Source: Burkholderiales bacterium
GTDB lineage: Bacteria > Pseudomonadota > Gammaproteobacteria > Burkholderiales > Usitatibacteraceae
DNA length: 64,000 nucleotides
Assembly (NCBI GenBank): GCA_038236905.1
Contig: JBBRZG010000001.1
Coordinates: 13,933-77,932 of the forward strand
Direction: 5' to 3'
In this document: positions 10,786-20,631 of the stretch, in pieces
How positions within the stretch are numbered: position 1 is the stretch's first letter
Layout: each line of letters starts with the position of its first letter
Notes under the pieces: generated by a model
Seen by the model: the letters and a program-made list of their open reading frames with translations, nothing else
Databases searched by the model: none
What the model was told of the DNA's origin: nothing
Translations under genes and position numbers: made by a program

Positions 10786-11568
10786 TCAATTGCCCAAGTT
10801 CTTTGTTGCCGCGGTCACCAAATCCAATCGTGGCGCTGCATCGTTTGCCGCTGTCGCGCCAACCGCAACCCGCTCTGAATACCGGCCTGTCAGCGTTGCG
10901 ACGTGCGGTCTAAGCAGCACGGTAAAACGTATCAGCTCCTCGCATACGTCGACCAGCCGTTCGTAATAGCTGGAAGCTTTCATACGACCGTTTTCGTCGA
11001 ACTCCTCAAATGCTTTGGCGATACTGGATTGATTGGGAATCGTAAACATGCGCATCCAGCGGCCAAGCAAACGAAGTGTGTTCACGGCGTTGAAAGACTG
11101 CGAGCCGCCACAGACTTGCGTCACCGCGAGAGCGCGGCCTTGTGTGGGACGCATGCCTTTGCTTTCCAAAGGCAAATGATCGATCTGGGTTTTCATGACG
11201 CCGGTGATTTGACCGTGCCGCTCAGGCGAGCACCAGACCTGGCCCTCTGACCACATAGAGTGTTCGCGCAGCTCATGCACAGCGGGGTGATCATCAAACG
11301 GAATCTGGTCGGGCAGCGGCAAATCGGATGGATCAAAAATGCGCACCTCGGCACCAAAATAAATCAGCAGGCGCGCGGCCTCTTCTGCCTGCAAGCGCGA
11401 GAATGAGCGGGCGCGAAGGGATCCATAGAGCAGCAAGATTCTTGGCGGATGCGCATAGGTTTGCGACGCAGAAAGCAACAGCGTTTCAGCGGGGCGCTGA
11501 ATGACGCACTGCTGGTTGAGGGCGGGTAAGGAATGAGGATCAATTAGAGTGCGAAGACGCTGGGACAT
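10786..11568 (-). CDS. arsH: ArsH-like NADPH-dependent FMN reductase
   Basis: 260 aa with [17 protein letters not shown]...WCSPERHG...[13 protein letters not shown], typical of ArsH. No other ars genes lie nearby. Confidence 0.75.
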   Translation of the reverse strand: MSQRLRTLIDPHSLPALNQQCVIQRPAETLLLSASQTYAHPPRILLLYGSLRARSFSRLQAEEAARLLIYFGAEVRIFDPSDLPLPDQIPFDDHPAVHELREHSMWSEGQVWCSPERHGQITGVMKTQIDHLPLESKGMRPTQGRALAVTQVCGGSQSFNAVNTLRLLGRWMRMFTIPNQSSIAKAFEEFDENGRMKASSYYERLVDVCEELIRFTVLLRPHVATLTGRYSERVAVGATAANDAAPRLDLVTAATKNLGN

Positions 11569-11621
11569 TTTTAATCGATTTGAACTGTTTGAAAATTACT
11601 GATCATGCAAGCTGTACGCGC

Positions 11622-12320
11622 TTACGCCAATATCCCCGCTACTTCATCCAAACTCTTCACCACATAATCCGGCATAAAACCGAGCCGCTCGACCGGCGCG
11701 CTGCTGCGATTAATCCAAAAGACATTAAAGCCATAGGCTTTGGCTCCAGCTGCATCCCAGCCGTTTGAGGACACAAAACCAATTTGATTTTTCGAGATGC
11801 GCAAGCGATCAACGGCGAACTGATACACGCGCGGATCGGGCTTGAAGACGCCGACTTCTTCCACGCTCAATACCTCATCAAGCAACTTATCAAAACCACT
11901 ATGCTTGACCACCGCGCTCAACATATCGGGCGCGCCATTTGAGAGGACAGCGAGTTTGGGTCCGGGGCTAGATTTTCCGCTCGCCGCGCTTAATGTAGCA
12001 AGTGCGCTCTTTGCATCAGCGAATGGTTGCAGCGTTCGGTAAGCGTGATTCAATTCATCAAGCGCCGCGTCCGTATACCTGAGCGCCAGCGTTTCACATA
12101 CCACCCGCAACGCATCTTGCGTGACTGTATTGAAATCGACATGGCGCTGCATGCTGTTGCGAAGCCATGTGTATTCGAGCTGCTTTACCCGCCACGCTTG
12201 CGAAAGGGCAGTACCCTTGCCGGGGAAAAGTCGTTCGCAGGTCGTGACAACCGAATGTACGTCAAACAAGGTGCCATAAGCATCAAATACTAACGCGCGG
12301 ATCGTGGGCTGTTGAGCCAT
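11622..12320 (-). CDS. Haloacid dehalogenase type II (HAD superfamily)
   Basis: Within ORF 11622..12377. ATG at 12320 is preceded by GGAGG. HAD motif I FDAYGTLFDV. C-terminal SSNGWD motif. Confidence 0.8.
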   Translation of the reverse strand: MAQQPTIRALVFDAYGTLFDVHSVVTTCERLFPGKGTALSQAWRVKQLEYTWLRNSMQRHVDFNTVTQDALRVVCETLALRYTDAALDELNHAYRTLQPFADAKSALATLSAASGKSSPGPKLAVLSNGAPDMLSAVVKHSGFDKLLDEVLSVEEVGVFKPDPRVYQFAVDRLRISKNQIGFVSSNGWDAAGAKAYGFNVFWINRSSAPVERLGFMPDYVVKSLDEVAGILA

Positions 12321-12454
12321 GCGGCCTCCGAAATTTAAAAGCGGGTGCTTCACCTTGATTTTATGCGCAAGCAGCAATGCGATCCAATTTCATCGCAGAT
12401 TTCGCGAGCGCAATGTCACGCGCCGCTATCTTGCGTTTTACGCGCTGCCCATGC

Positions 12455-12838
12455 ATGCTCACAACCATGATTCGCGGACTCGCTATTTTGCTCATATTTC
12501 AATCCATCGGCGAAGTAGCGACCCGATTTATCCACGGCGTGATTCCAGGGCCGGTCATCGGCATGATCTTGTTGTTGGTGTTCTTGGTGATCAAGAAAAA
12601 AATCGCGCCGTCTATCGCTATCGCGGCCGATGGGCTGCTCGCCCATCTGGCGATTTTTTTTATTCCCGCGGCCGTAGGGGTGATGCTTTATGTCACCGAA
12701 CTGATGAGTGCGGGAGCGGCGTGGCTGCTGGCTATTCTCTTGAGCACCGCCGCTTCCATGGCGATTACGGCGCTGCTGTTGAAATGGTTTTTTCGGGATG
12801 ATGATAGCGGCGCAAAAAAACCAGATTTTTCGCCATGA
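12455..12838 (+). CDS. CidA/LrgA-family small membrane protein
   Basis: Within ORF 12377..12838 (in-frame ATGs at 12455 and 12467). Four hydrophobic helices. Overlaps the start of an LrgB-like gene. Confidence 0.75.
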   Translation: MLTTMIRGLAILLIFQSIGEVATRFIHGVIPGPVIGMILLLVFLVIKKKIAPSIAIAADGLLAHLAIFFIPAAVGVMLYVTELMSAGAAWLLAILLSTAASMAITALLLKWFFRDDDSGAKKPDFSP

Positions 12839-13596
12839 ATCCGTCCGCGCTGCTTCCATCTGGCATAAACACGGCAGGCATTAACAACCTCGCCGAAATA
12901 TGGGTTTATCTTTCGGCCACACCGTTATTCGGCCTCACGCTAACCTTGCTTGCTTATGTGCTCGCGGACATGGCCTATCAGCGGACGAATCGCCATCCTC
13001 TTGCCAATCCGGTATTGATCGCTGTGGCAACGATTATTGCCGTGTTGACCTTGACACATACCGACTACAAAACCTATTTTCAAGGCGCGCAATTTGTTCA
13101 CTTTTTGCTGGGCACGGCGACCGTCTCCCTCGCCATTCCGCTCGCCCGGTTATGGAACGAGCTCCGCGCGCGCGCGATCCCTTTACTGGTGGCCGTCGTG
13201 GCCGGTGGCGCGAGTTCGGTGCTGGTGGCAGTGGGCGTGGCCAAATTGCTGGCGGCCCCGCCGACTATCGTCATGTCACTATTACCCAAATCGGTCACCG
13301 CACCGATCGCGATGGGTATCGCAGAACAAATCGGCGGCTCGCCTACATTGGCGGCAGTATTCGCCATCAGCACCGGCATTGTCGGTGCATTGATTGCAAC
13401 ACCGCTGCTTAATTTATTGGGCGTTCGCGATTGGGCGGCCCGCGGCTTTGCCGTCGGCGTCGCCGCACATGGCATCGGCACCGCTCGCGCCTATTCGGTT
13501 CATCCGCGCGCGGGCGCGTACGCGAGTTTGGGCATGGGCCTTCACGCGCTGCTCGGGGCGATTGCGTTGCCGTGGTTGGCGAAGCTGATTATTTAG
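12835..13596 (+). CDS. LrgB-family membrane protein
   Basis: 253 aa polytopic protein. ATGA overlap with the upstream LrgA-like gene, which is the typical pair arrangement. Confidence 0.8.
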   Translation: MNPSALLPSGINTAGINNLAEIWVYLSATPLFGLTLTLLAYVLADMAYQRTNRHPLANPVLIAVATIIAVLTLTHTDYKTYFQGAQFVHFLLGTATVSLAIPLARLWNELRARAIPLLVAVVAGGASSVLVAVGVAKLLAAPPTIVMSLLPKSVTAPIAMGIAEQIGGSPTLAAVFAISTGIVGALIATPLLNLLGVRDWAARGFAVGVAAHGIGTARAYSVHPRAGAYASLGMGLHALLGAIALPWLAKLII

Positions 13597-13716
13597 TCTT
13601 TGGCTGAAACACTAACACCCGCGCGGCTCTAAACAATTAAATGCCTCAAAAACCACGTCTAGCCTAGGGCTTTACTTTACATTGCGCGAGATTTCCAGCG
13701 GCTGGCTGGCAGGATT

Positions 13717-13725
13717 TGCTATAAT
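13717..13725 (+). promoter_or_regulatory. Extended -10 promoter element upstream of icd
   Basis: TGCTATAAT matches TGnTATAAT, about 80 nt upstream of the icd ATG. No good -35 element. Confidence 0.35.
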
Positions 13726-13806
13726 TCTGCAAGCAATCCTTATTCGTAAATTCCCTCCGCGCTGCAAATACGCTCATCCGCCCACCTTCTTTCCGCAGGA
13801 ATCCCC

Positions 13807-15021
13807 ATGGCTAAAATCGAAGTTAAAAACCCCGTCGTTGAAATGGATGGCGATGAGATGACGCGCATCATCTGGCAAATGATTCGTGAAAAATTAATCC
13901 TGCCGTATCTAGATATCGATTTGAAATACTACGATTTGGGGATGGAGCATCGCGATGCAACTGACGACAAAGTCACCGTCGATTCCGCGATGGCAACCAA
14001 GCAATATGGGGTTGCCGTAAAGTGCGCGACAATCACGCCGGATGAGGCACGCGTGAAGGAGTTTGGCCTTAAGCAGATGTGGAAATCGCCAAATGGCACC
14101 ATCCGCAATATCCTGGACGGCACCATTTTCCGTGAGCCGATTATTTGTAAGAATGTGCCGCGCCTAGTGGCGCATTGGGATAAGCCGGTGGTGGTCGCAC
14201 GCCATGGTTTTGGCGACCAGTATCGCGCCACCGATTTTCAGTTTCCGAGCGCGGGTACGCTCATTGTTAAGTTCACGCCAACAGATGGTTCGGCACCCAT
14301 TGAGCGTGAAGTATTCAAAGCGCCGGGAGCGGGTATTTCATTGTCGATGTATAACCTCGATGAATCCATCGCCGGTTTTGCGCGCGCCTGTTTTAACTAC
14401 AGCTTACAACGCAAATACCCGATGTATTTGTCTACCAAAAATACCATTTTGAAAGTCTATGATGGTCGTTTCAAAAACCTGTTCCAAGAAATTTTTGATG
14501 CGGAATTCAAGGCGAAATTTGACGCCGAAGGCATCACCTATGAACACCGTCTCATTGATGACATGGTGGCTTCGAATTTGAAATGGAGTGGCGGTTATTT
14601 GTGGGCCTGTAAAAACTATGACGGCGACGTGCAATCTGACACCGTGGCGCAGGGTTATGGCTCACTCGGTTTGATGACCTCCGTGCTGATGTCGCCGGAC
14701 GGCAAAACCGTCGAATCCGAAGCCGCGCACGGCACGGTGACCCGCCATTACCGCATGCATCAGCAAGGCAAACCCACGTCAACCAACCCGATTGCGTCAA
14801 TCTACGCTTGGACGCGCGGCTTGCAAGCGCGTGGCCGTATGGACGGCACGCAAGATGTGGTGGACTTTGCGCTGAAGCTCGAAAAGGCCTGCGTGGATGT
14901 GGTCGAGGCGGGCAAAATGACCAAAGATCTGGCGACTTTGATTAGCGCGGATCATCCGTACCTTACGACCGAGGAGTATATGCACGCGGTTGATGCAGAA
15001 CTGAAGAAGCAGATGGCGTAG
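13807..15021 (+). CDS. icd: NADP-dependent isocitrate dehydrogenase (about 400 aa dimeric type)
   Basis: 404 aa starting [23 protein letters not shown], with [11 protein letters not shown] and YDGDVQSD motifs. Confidence 0.92.
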   Translation: MAKIEVKNPVVEMDGDEMTRIIWQMIREKLILPYLDIDLKYYDLGMEHRDATDDKVTVDSAMATKQYGVAVKCATITPDEARVKEFGLKQMWKSPNGTIRNILDGTIFREPIICKNVPRLVAHWDKPVVVARHGFGDQYRATDFQFPSAGTLIVKFTPTDGSAPIEREVFKAPGAGISLSMYNLDESIAGFARACFNYSLQRKYPMYLSTKNTILKVYDGRFKNLFQEIFDAEFKAKFDAEGITYEHRLIDDMVASNLKWSGGYLWACKNYDGDVQSDTVAQGYGSLGLMTSVLMSPDGKTVESEAAHGTVTRHYRMHQQGKPTSTNPIASIYAWTRGLQARGRMDGTQDVVDFALKLEKACVDVVEAGKMTKDLATLISADHPYLTTEEYMHAVDAELKKQMA

Positions 15022-15068
15022 CGCCGCCTAGCGATCTCATTGGATTCAGATCAAGTTAGAAAAGAATA

Positions 15069-15103
15069 GTGAAAAAAAGCTTTTGAGAGAAAGCTTTTTT
15101 CAC
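15069..15103 (+). terminator. AT-rich hairpin after icd
   Basis: GTGAAAAAAAGCTTT-tgagag-AAAGCTTTTTTCAC, about 50 nt after the icd stop. Confidence 0.5.
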
Positions 15104-15227
15104 GTTCATGGCGCGTTCAGGCAAGCGAAACTATTTTGATGCCGTACGTTCCATGTTCAACATGTTTAAGCAGGACCGGAGGCAGGCTGTTTTGGTAAAT
15201 TAATTTATCCATTTTGTTGGTTAATCT

Positions 15228-15851
15228 ATGAAAGGTGTTCCCATGCTAAAAACGCTCATTGCCGCTGTCGTGCTGGCGGCATCATTTTCAACTGGCGCAA
15301 TCGCTGCCGCCACGGTTGGACAGGCTGCGCCTGATTTCGCGCTTACCGACGTAAATGGCAAAACCGTCAAACTCGCGGACTTCAAAGGCAAAAACGTGGT
15401 GATGGAATGGCATAACCCGGGATGTCCATTCGTTCAAAAGCACTACAACAGCAACAACATGCAAACGCTCCAAAAAAAATACGATGCGAAAGATACGGTG
15501 TGGCTCACGGTTAATTCGACCGAGACCAACCATCAGGATTACCTGAGCAACGACAAACTTCGTGGATATATCGCGGACAAGAACGCCACGCCAGACGCCT
15601 ACATGACCGATGTTGATGGCAAGGTCGGTAGAAGCTATGGCGCCAAAACAACGCCGCATATGTTCATCATCAATCCCGCAGGAATGGTGGTGTATGCAGG
15701 CGCGATTGACGATAAGCCTGGCACTAAGGTCGAGGAAATTAAGGCTGCAAAGAACTTTGTGGTCGGCGCGTTAGATGATTTAAAGGCGGGCAAGCCGGTT
15801 TCTACCGCTACCACGCAACCTTACGGATGCAGCGTCAAATATAAAAGCTAG
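15228..15851 (+). CDS. Secreted thioredoxin-fold (redoxin-family) protein
   Basis: Signal peptide. FKGKNVVMEWHNPGCPFV around a single active-site Cys. Alternative ATG at 15243. Confidence 0.7.
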   Translation: MKGVPMLKTLIAAVVLAASFSTGAIAAATVGQAAPDFALTDVNGKTVKLADFKGKNVVMEWHNPGCPFVQKHYNSNNMQTLQKKYDAKDTVWLTVNSTETNHQDYLSNDKLRGYIADKNATPDAYMTDVDGKVGRSYGAKTTPHMFIINPAGMVVYAGAIDDKPGTKVEEIKAAKNFVVGALDDLKAGKPVSTATTQPYGCSVKYKS

Positions 15852-15871
15852 TATTGAGTTTTGCCGCAGAT

Positions 15872-15910
15872 AAAAAAGCCCGCGTCGACGCGGGCTTTTT
15901 GTGTTTTTTT
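15872..15910. terminator. Bidirectional intrinsic terminator between the redoxin gene and the Crp-family gene
   Basis: AAAAAAGCCCGCG-tcga-CGCGGGCTTTTT followed by GTGTTTTTTTT. The flanking genes are convergent. Confidence 0.8.
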
Positions 15911-16004
15911 TGTGTTTCCAAGGCCATCTGAAGCCAGCGCTGCACAAATCGCACAATCCAATGCAAATTCGCTTACGAGTTTGTCAGACTGCAGTTACCA
16001 ATTT

Positions 16005-16655
16005 TTACTGCGTCGCCAACCGATCGTCCAGAATCGTAATCGATTTGCGTTGCACGTTAATATAGCCACCGTCTTGCAAATCCTGCAAGGTACGGTTCAC
16101 CATCTCGCGCGATGCGCCCACCATGCTGGCGAGATCTTTTTGCGTAAACGGTTCGCCAACCACGCGTTTGCCATTGGACACAATGGCGAGCTCAAGTAAG
16201 GTTTGCGAAATTCGCGTCGAAATATCCGTCAAAGCGAGCGAATTTATTTTACGGTCAGCGTGACGGATTCGCGTGGCAAGCGTTTCCATGACCCGCACGG
16301 CAATGTCGGGCGACTCCTCTACAACGCGTTGAAATCCGGCGTACGATAAAACGGTGAAGTGGCAGCGATCAAGCGCCGCGACATTGGCGCAACGCGGCTC
16401 TTGATCCAACAAAGGCAGCTCACCAAAAAAATCACCAGGGCCCAGTGTTTTGAGAATGACTTCGCGGCTTGGATCAGTTTCGTCGGTCATGTAAACCTTC
16501 ACCTGACCCGCATTAATCACGTAGAACGACGTGGCAACGTCGCCTTCTTTCAGGATCACGCTGCCTTTGTCAAAAGCAACCCTTGCGGTATGCGCGACCA
16601 AGCTCTCCAACTGCTTCGCAGAAAGGTTCCGAAATAATGGAATGATATTAAGCAC
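16005..16655 (-). CDS. Crp/Fnr-family transcriptional regulator (cNMP-binding + HTH)
   Basis: 216 aa. Beta-roll FGELPLL and a C-terminal HTH (QKDLASMVGASREMVNRTLQDL). No N-terminal Cys cluster, so not a classical FNR. Confidence 0.85.
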   Translation of the reverse strand: MLNIIPLFRNLSAKQLESLVAHTARVAFDKGSVILKEGDVATSFYVINAGQVKVYMTDETDPSREVILKTLGPGDFFGELPLLDQEPRCANVAALDRCHFTVLSYAGFQRVVEESPDIAVRVMETLATRIRHADRKINSLALTDISTRISQTLLELAIVSNGKRVVGEPFTQKDLASMVGASREMVNRTLQDLQDGGYINVQRKSITILDDRLATQ

Positions 16656-16774
16656 TTGTCCTGCCTGAGCGGTTAAATTGTCAAGCTTTAGTATGCGTGC
16701 GGCGTCGCTTCAAAAAAATGAAGTAGTTCACATTTTTCAAATGCGTCGGCAATCCTGCTTTGGGTCCGGCTAAA

Positions 16775-17461
16775 TTACGACTGATCGGCTCGACCGCCGC
16801 CCAAAATATGTCGGGACACGACGCCTTTCAGAATATGAAGGCGCTGATGAAAGAAATGCTCGGCACCAGGTATCACTGTGACCGGCAAATTGTGACCCCG
16901 CGCCCAATCTAGGGAGTCCCCAAGCGGCACGGTTTCGTCCATCTCGCCATGCACGACAAGCGTCGAATCACGCGGCTTCATCCGGAGAATGGATTTATCC
17001 TGCAACCTGCTCAACGATGGCGCAATCAGCACCATTTCAGTCGCGTTTAGACCTGGCTCCAACTCGTTCAATCGTGTGCTGGCGGCAAGTGTTACCGCAC
17101 CACCGAATGAAAACCCGGCCAGCCATAGCGGCAGCTTGGTTGAGGCGTCCGAATGTTTTTCGATGGCAAGCGAGACAACACGAAGCATGTCATCCGTCTC
17201 GCCACGCGCTTCGTCATGCACGCCTTCGCTGGCCCCTACACCGCGGAAATTGAACCGATAGACATCCGCACCGGCGTCAAAAAATGTCCGCGCCAAGGTG
17301 GTCACCACTTTGTTATCCATTGAGCCGCCAAATAATGGATGGGGATGCGCCACGACGGCGATCGCGCTCGATTGATGGTCGGATCGAACATGAGATGCGA
17401 CCTCAATCGCGCCGGCCGCGCCGGCAATCAATTCACGAAAATTAGGAAATGGTGCGGCCAT
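16775..17461 (-). CDS. Alpha/beta-fold hydrolase
   Basis: 228 aa with nucleophile elbow GFSFGG and HPHPLFGG near the N-terminus. Confidence 0.7.
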   Translation of the reverse strand: MAAPFPNFRELIAGAAGAIEVASHVRSDHQSSAIAVVAHPHPLFGGSMDNKVVTTLARTFFDAGADVYRFNFRGVGASEGVHDEARGETDDMLRVVSLAIEKHSDASTKLPLWLAGFSFGGAVTLAASTRLNELEPGLNATEMVLIAPSLSRLQDKSILRMKPRDSTLVVHGEMDETVPLGDSLDWARGHNLPVTVIPGAEHFFHQRLHILKGVVSRHILGGGRADQS

Positions 17462-17481
17462 AATATTGCGCTATCAAATTG

Positions 17482-17817
17482 CTAGATTTTGAGCCGCTCA
17501 ACGACCCGACCGTGTTGAATGTGTTCACTGATAATTTCGTCAACATCATCTTTATCGATGTAGTGATACCAAACATTGTCGGGGTAAATGACCAGAACCG
17601 GCCCTTCCTCGCACCGATCCAAGCAGCCCGCAGAATTGATGCGAACCTTACCCTCGCCTGACAAACCCAATTTCTTGATCTGGTCTTTGGCATAGGCACG
17701 GACGCCTTCGGCATCGTGCTGGTTACAACATTCTCGTCCACCATCGCGTTGATTTACACAGAAAAAAACGTGGTGCTCGTAATAGCTTTGATCCGTATCG
17801 TTCGCTTCATTGCTCAT
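17482..17817 (-). CDS. Thioredoxin-like [2Fe-2S] ferredoxin
   Basis: Within ORF 17482..17853 (ATG at 17817). Cys ligand pattern FFCVNQR...ECC...GCLDRCEEGP. Confidence 0.75.
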   Translation of the reverse strand: MSNEANDTDQSYYEHHVFFCVNQRDGGRECCNQHDAEGVRAYAKDQIKKLGLSGEGKVRINSAGCLDRCEEGPVLVIYPDNVWYHYIDKDDVDEIISEHIQHGRVVERLKI

Positions 17818-17852
17818 TGGTATTTCCTTAAGATTTAATCGTGCCGAGGCCA

Positions 17853-19040
17853 CTAATTTTCAAAACGATGTTTCACAAACAACGACGCTAAAAATATCAG
17901 CGCCAGCAGCGGCCAAACCTCGTGCACCCAGCGCGTGAGGCTGGCGAAATTTAGCAACTGTCCATACGGCCAATCAAATAGGCGCAGGATGTCGCTCCAA
18001 GTGCCGTACACCCCGGTAACCTTTGCCAACAGCGCACCCGCAAATACAAACAGAGTGGCAGAAAATGCGCGCCAACGGAACGAGCGTTGCGAAAAAAAAG
18101 TAAACAAGAGAAAACCTAAACTTAAACCAATAACAGTGCCCGGCCCCATCCATGCGATTAGCAGCGGCGCTTTTAACAACATCGCCGCCATCGAAAATTT
18201 CGCCACAAATCCCAACACGATAATCACCAAGACACTTACCCAGGCACGGTTGGCGGGATGCAACAGAAGCGACAAAAACAGCGCAAATCCACCCACATTA
18301 AATGTAATGGCAATCGCCTGCGGCAATAAGAATAGAGGATCGTATGCATGTGACTGCGCATCGGGGCTAAAAGCAGGCACCAGACCTGCGCCAATGGGGC
18401 CGGCAGAACTGTTAATCACATTACCCGCTTCAAAAAAAGGGATGGCAGGATTAAGCTGAGAAAAAAACCAAATCGCTAGTAGCAAAAGACCCCATTCGGT
18501 TTCTACGCCATAGGAGAAATGCCGATGGCGCCATTGCTCAATTTGCGCAAGCACCCGACGACCGGGCGGCACCAGCACCACCGTTGCGCCCACCATTGCG
18601 CCGAGTGAATTTGCCGCCCAATCAAACATTGACGACACTCTACCCGGCAGGAAAGATTGGGCGTATTCCAACATGAACGAAAGCGTGATCGCCGCCGCCA
18701 CGCTGATCAGCCAAGCGTGAACATCAACTGATGCCGGAACAGCAACCGGTCCCAAGCGACGGCGTGCACGAAATCGCCAGATGGCCGCCACCAGCGCACC
18801 CAGCGGCACATAGGCAACAAGATTGATCGCGATATCAAATATCGACCAATACTTGGGCCATGCGAACAGTACAAATGATTCCGCTGCGCGCCACCCAAAA
18901 AAGGGATTCAGACTCGCATAAATGATGGTCAGCGTATATACCACGAGCGCACCCGGACCCGCGCGCATACGCGGCCCCGCGCCGATGCGGGTATCGGACA
19001 ACGAGGCGCGCTTTTGTGAGGCTGTGGATAGGTTGCGCAT
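17853..19040 (-). CDS. VanZ-like polytopic membrane protein (long form)
   Basis: Within ORF 17853..19088. Multiple hydrophobic helices, and the N-terminal part resembles the VanZ family. Start is uncertain (19040 or 18968). Confidence 0.55.
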   Translation of the reverse strand: MRNLSTASQKRASLSDTRIGAGPRMRAGPGALVVYTLTIIYASLNPFFGWRAAESFVLFAWPKYWSIFDIAINLVAYVPLGALVAAIWRFRARRRLGPVAVPASVDVHAWLISVAAAITLSFMLEYAQSFLPGRVSSMFDWAANSLGAMVGATVVLVPPGRRVLAQIEQWRHRHFSYGVETEWGLLLLAIWFFSQLNPAIPFFEAGNVINSSAGPIGAGLVPAFSPDAQSHAYDPLFLLPQAIAITFNVGGFALFLSLLLHPANRAWVSVLVIIVLGFVAKFSMAAMLLKAPLLIAWMGPGTVIGLSLGFLLFTFFSQRSFRWRAFSATLFVFAGALLAKVTGVYGTWSDILRLFDWPYGQLLNFASLTRWVHEVWPLLALIFLASLFVKHRFEN

Positions 19041-19222
19041 AGGCAAAAATGTCGTGCCAGAGCAGCTAACCGCCGCGGCAGGTAGCAAATTGCCGCGGCT
19101 TGTAACTGCTCGAACGGCGTAAGGCGATGATCTGCAGGATGCCGTTCACTAACAAGCATTGTCGCTGAAAAGACGATCGCGGTCGCTGCACCAAGTTTTT
19201 TCCAAACCTTAAGTCGGTTAGC

Positions 19223-19240
19223 AAAAGGCGGGCCGCCCGC
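19223..19240 (-). terminator. Short GC hairpin + U4 after the gamma-CA-like gene
   Basis: The minus strand reads GCGGGCGGCCCGCC-TTTT immediately at the stop codon. Confidence 0.4.
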
Positions 19241-19758
19241 TACACTGGTTTAAGAGACGATGTATAACGGGCAGCGTTATCCAAATAGTGTTGCGCGATG
19301 CCTCGCAACATCGCGACCTCAGTATCCGTTAACTGCCGGATGACGCGGCCTGGGGAGCCGACGACCAGCGAGCGATCAGGGATCACCTTGCCTTCAGGAA
19401 TCAACGAATTCGCACCAATCAAACAATCGCGTCCAATCACCGCGTGATTGAGCACCACTGCTTTAATGCCAATCAGCGAGCCCTCGCGAACTGTACACCC
19501 GTGCAGCATGGCCATATGGCCCACGCTGACGTTGCGCTCCAACGTCAGCGGGACGCCTTCATCGGTATGCAACACCGCACCATCCTGAATATTGACGTTT
19601 TCACCAATGGTAATCGTATCGTTATCACCGCGTATGGTCACGTTCCACCATACACTCGCGCTTTTTTCAAGCACCACATCACCGACGACGGTCGCGTTGG
19701 GCGCAATGTAATTGTTGCCCTTGAGTTGAGGGATTTTGTCACCGAGCGCATAAATCAT
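19240..19758 (-). CDS. Gamma-carbonic-anhydrase-like hexapeptide-repeat protein (YrdA/PaaY-like)
   Basis: 172 aa. Left-handed beta-helix hexapeptide repeats and the conserved HG...IG pattern. Confidence 0.85.
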   Translation of the reverse strand: MIYALGDKIPQLKGNNYIAPNATVVGDVVLEKSASVWWNVTIRGDNDTITIGENVNIQDGAVLHTDEGVPLTLERNVSVGHMAMLHGCTVREGSLIGIKAVVLNHAVIGRDCLIGANSLIPEGKVIPDRSLVVGSPGRVIRQLTDTEVAMLRGIAQHYLDNAARYTSSLKPV

Positions 19759-19770
19759 ATTTCATTAACC

Positions 19771-20577
19771 TTACATGTTGCGGAACAAATGCATAAACGG
19801 CTGACTCACCTGTAATGTTTCGGAGCGCGTTTTCAACTTGATTATGCCCTTGCCGGTTTCATCGCGCGACACCGCTTTAATGGCACGCAAATTGACGATC
19901 GTGGCGCGATGAATTTGTTTGAAATGTGCTGCGTCCAGTTGCTCGAGCAACTCTTTTATAGGCGTGCGAATTAGCGCTTCGCCTTCGGCGGTCATCACTA
20001 CCGTATATTTACTGTCGGCCTGAAAATAAGCCACCTCATCAATCATGATGAGCTTGGTATCTTTACCGGTGCCTGCAGTAATCCAGGCCAGCGGCTCGTG
20101 TTTTTTCTCCGCCTGCATGCTTACCTTGAGCTGCGCCAACAAAGCGCCGACCGCGCCACCATCTTCACCGAATGCCGCGCCAGCACTAGGCTTTGGCGCT
20201 TTCAGCCTGGCGATGGTGGCGCTTAGTCGTTCTGCCGAAATCGGTTTTAGCAAATAATCAATGGCACCTTTTTCAAATGCGTCAATCGCGTATTGCTCAT
20301 AGGCCGTAACAAAAACGATGCGGGTCTGGGGCGAGCAATCTTTGAGCGCTGCAGCCACATCCAGCCCGGTCAGACCCGGCATTCGAATATCTAGAAAGGC
20401 GACATCGGGTTTATGTGCGGCGATTTCCTCGAGGGCAGCAGCGCCGTCCTCAGCCTCGGCGATGATTTGCAGCTCAGGCCAGGCGCGCTTTAGCTGGGAG
20501 ACAAGCTCTATCCGAAGCAGCTCCTCATCCTCCGCAATAACAGCCGTCGGGTTAATTTTTATCATATTGTTTGTCAC
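19771..20577 (-). CDS. LytTR-family response regulator (pair 1)
   Basis: Receiver domain (IAEDEELLR...FLDIRMPGLTG...) plus a C-terminal LytTR DNA-binding domain (FKQIHRATIVNL). Confidence 0.88.
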   Translation of the reverse strand: MTNNMIKINPTAVIAEDEELLRIELVSQLKRAWPELQIIAEAEDGAAALEEIAAHKPDVAFLDIRMPGLTGLDVAAALKDCSPQTRIVFVTAYEQYAIDAFEKGAIDYLLKPISAERLSATIARLKAPKPSAGAAFGEDGGAVGALLAQLKVSMQAEKKHEPLAWITAGTGKDTKLIMIDEVAYFQADSKYTVVMTAEGEALIRTPIKELLEQLDAAHFKQIHRATIVNLRAIKAVSRDETGKGIIKLKTRSETLQVSQPFMHLFRNM

Positions 20578-20631
20578 GCTTAAGGTTTTTTAGTGCTGAT
20601 GGATCGGACTTGGATTAGTTTAGAAAAGGCT

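Noticed and set aside
15152-15164. 13-nt palindrome CATGTTCAACATG, plus a TTGAT half-site at 15136..15140, upstream of the redoxin gene as a Crp/Fnr operator.
   Set aside because: Palindromes with 6-nt arms are expected about 15 times by chance in 64 kb. The sequence matches neither TTGAT-N4-ATCAA nor TGTGA-N6-TCACA.
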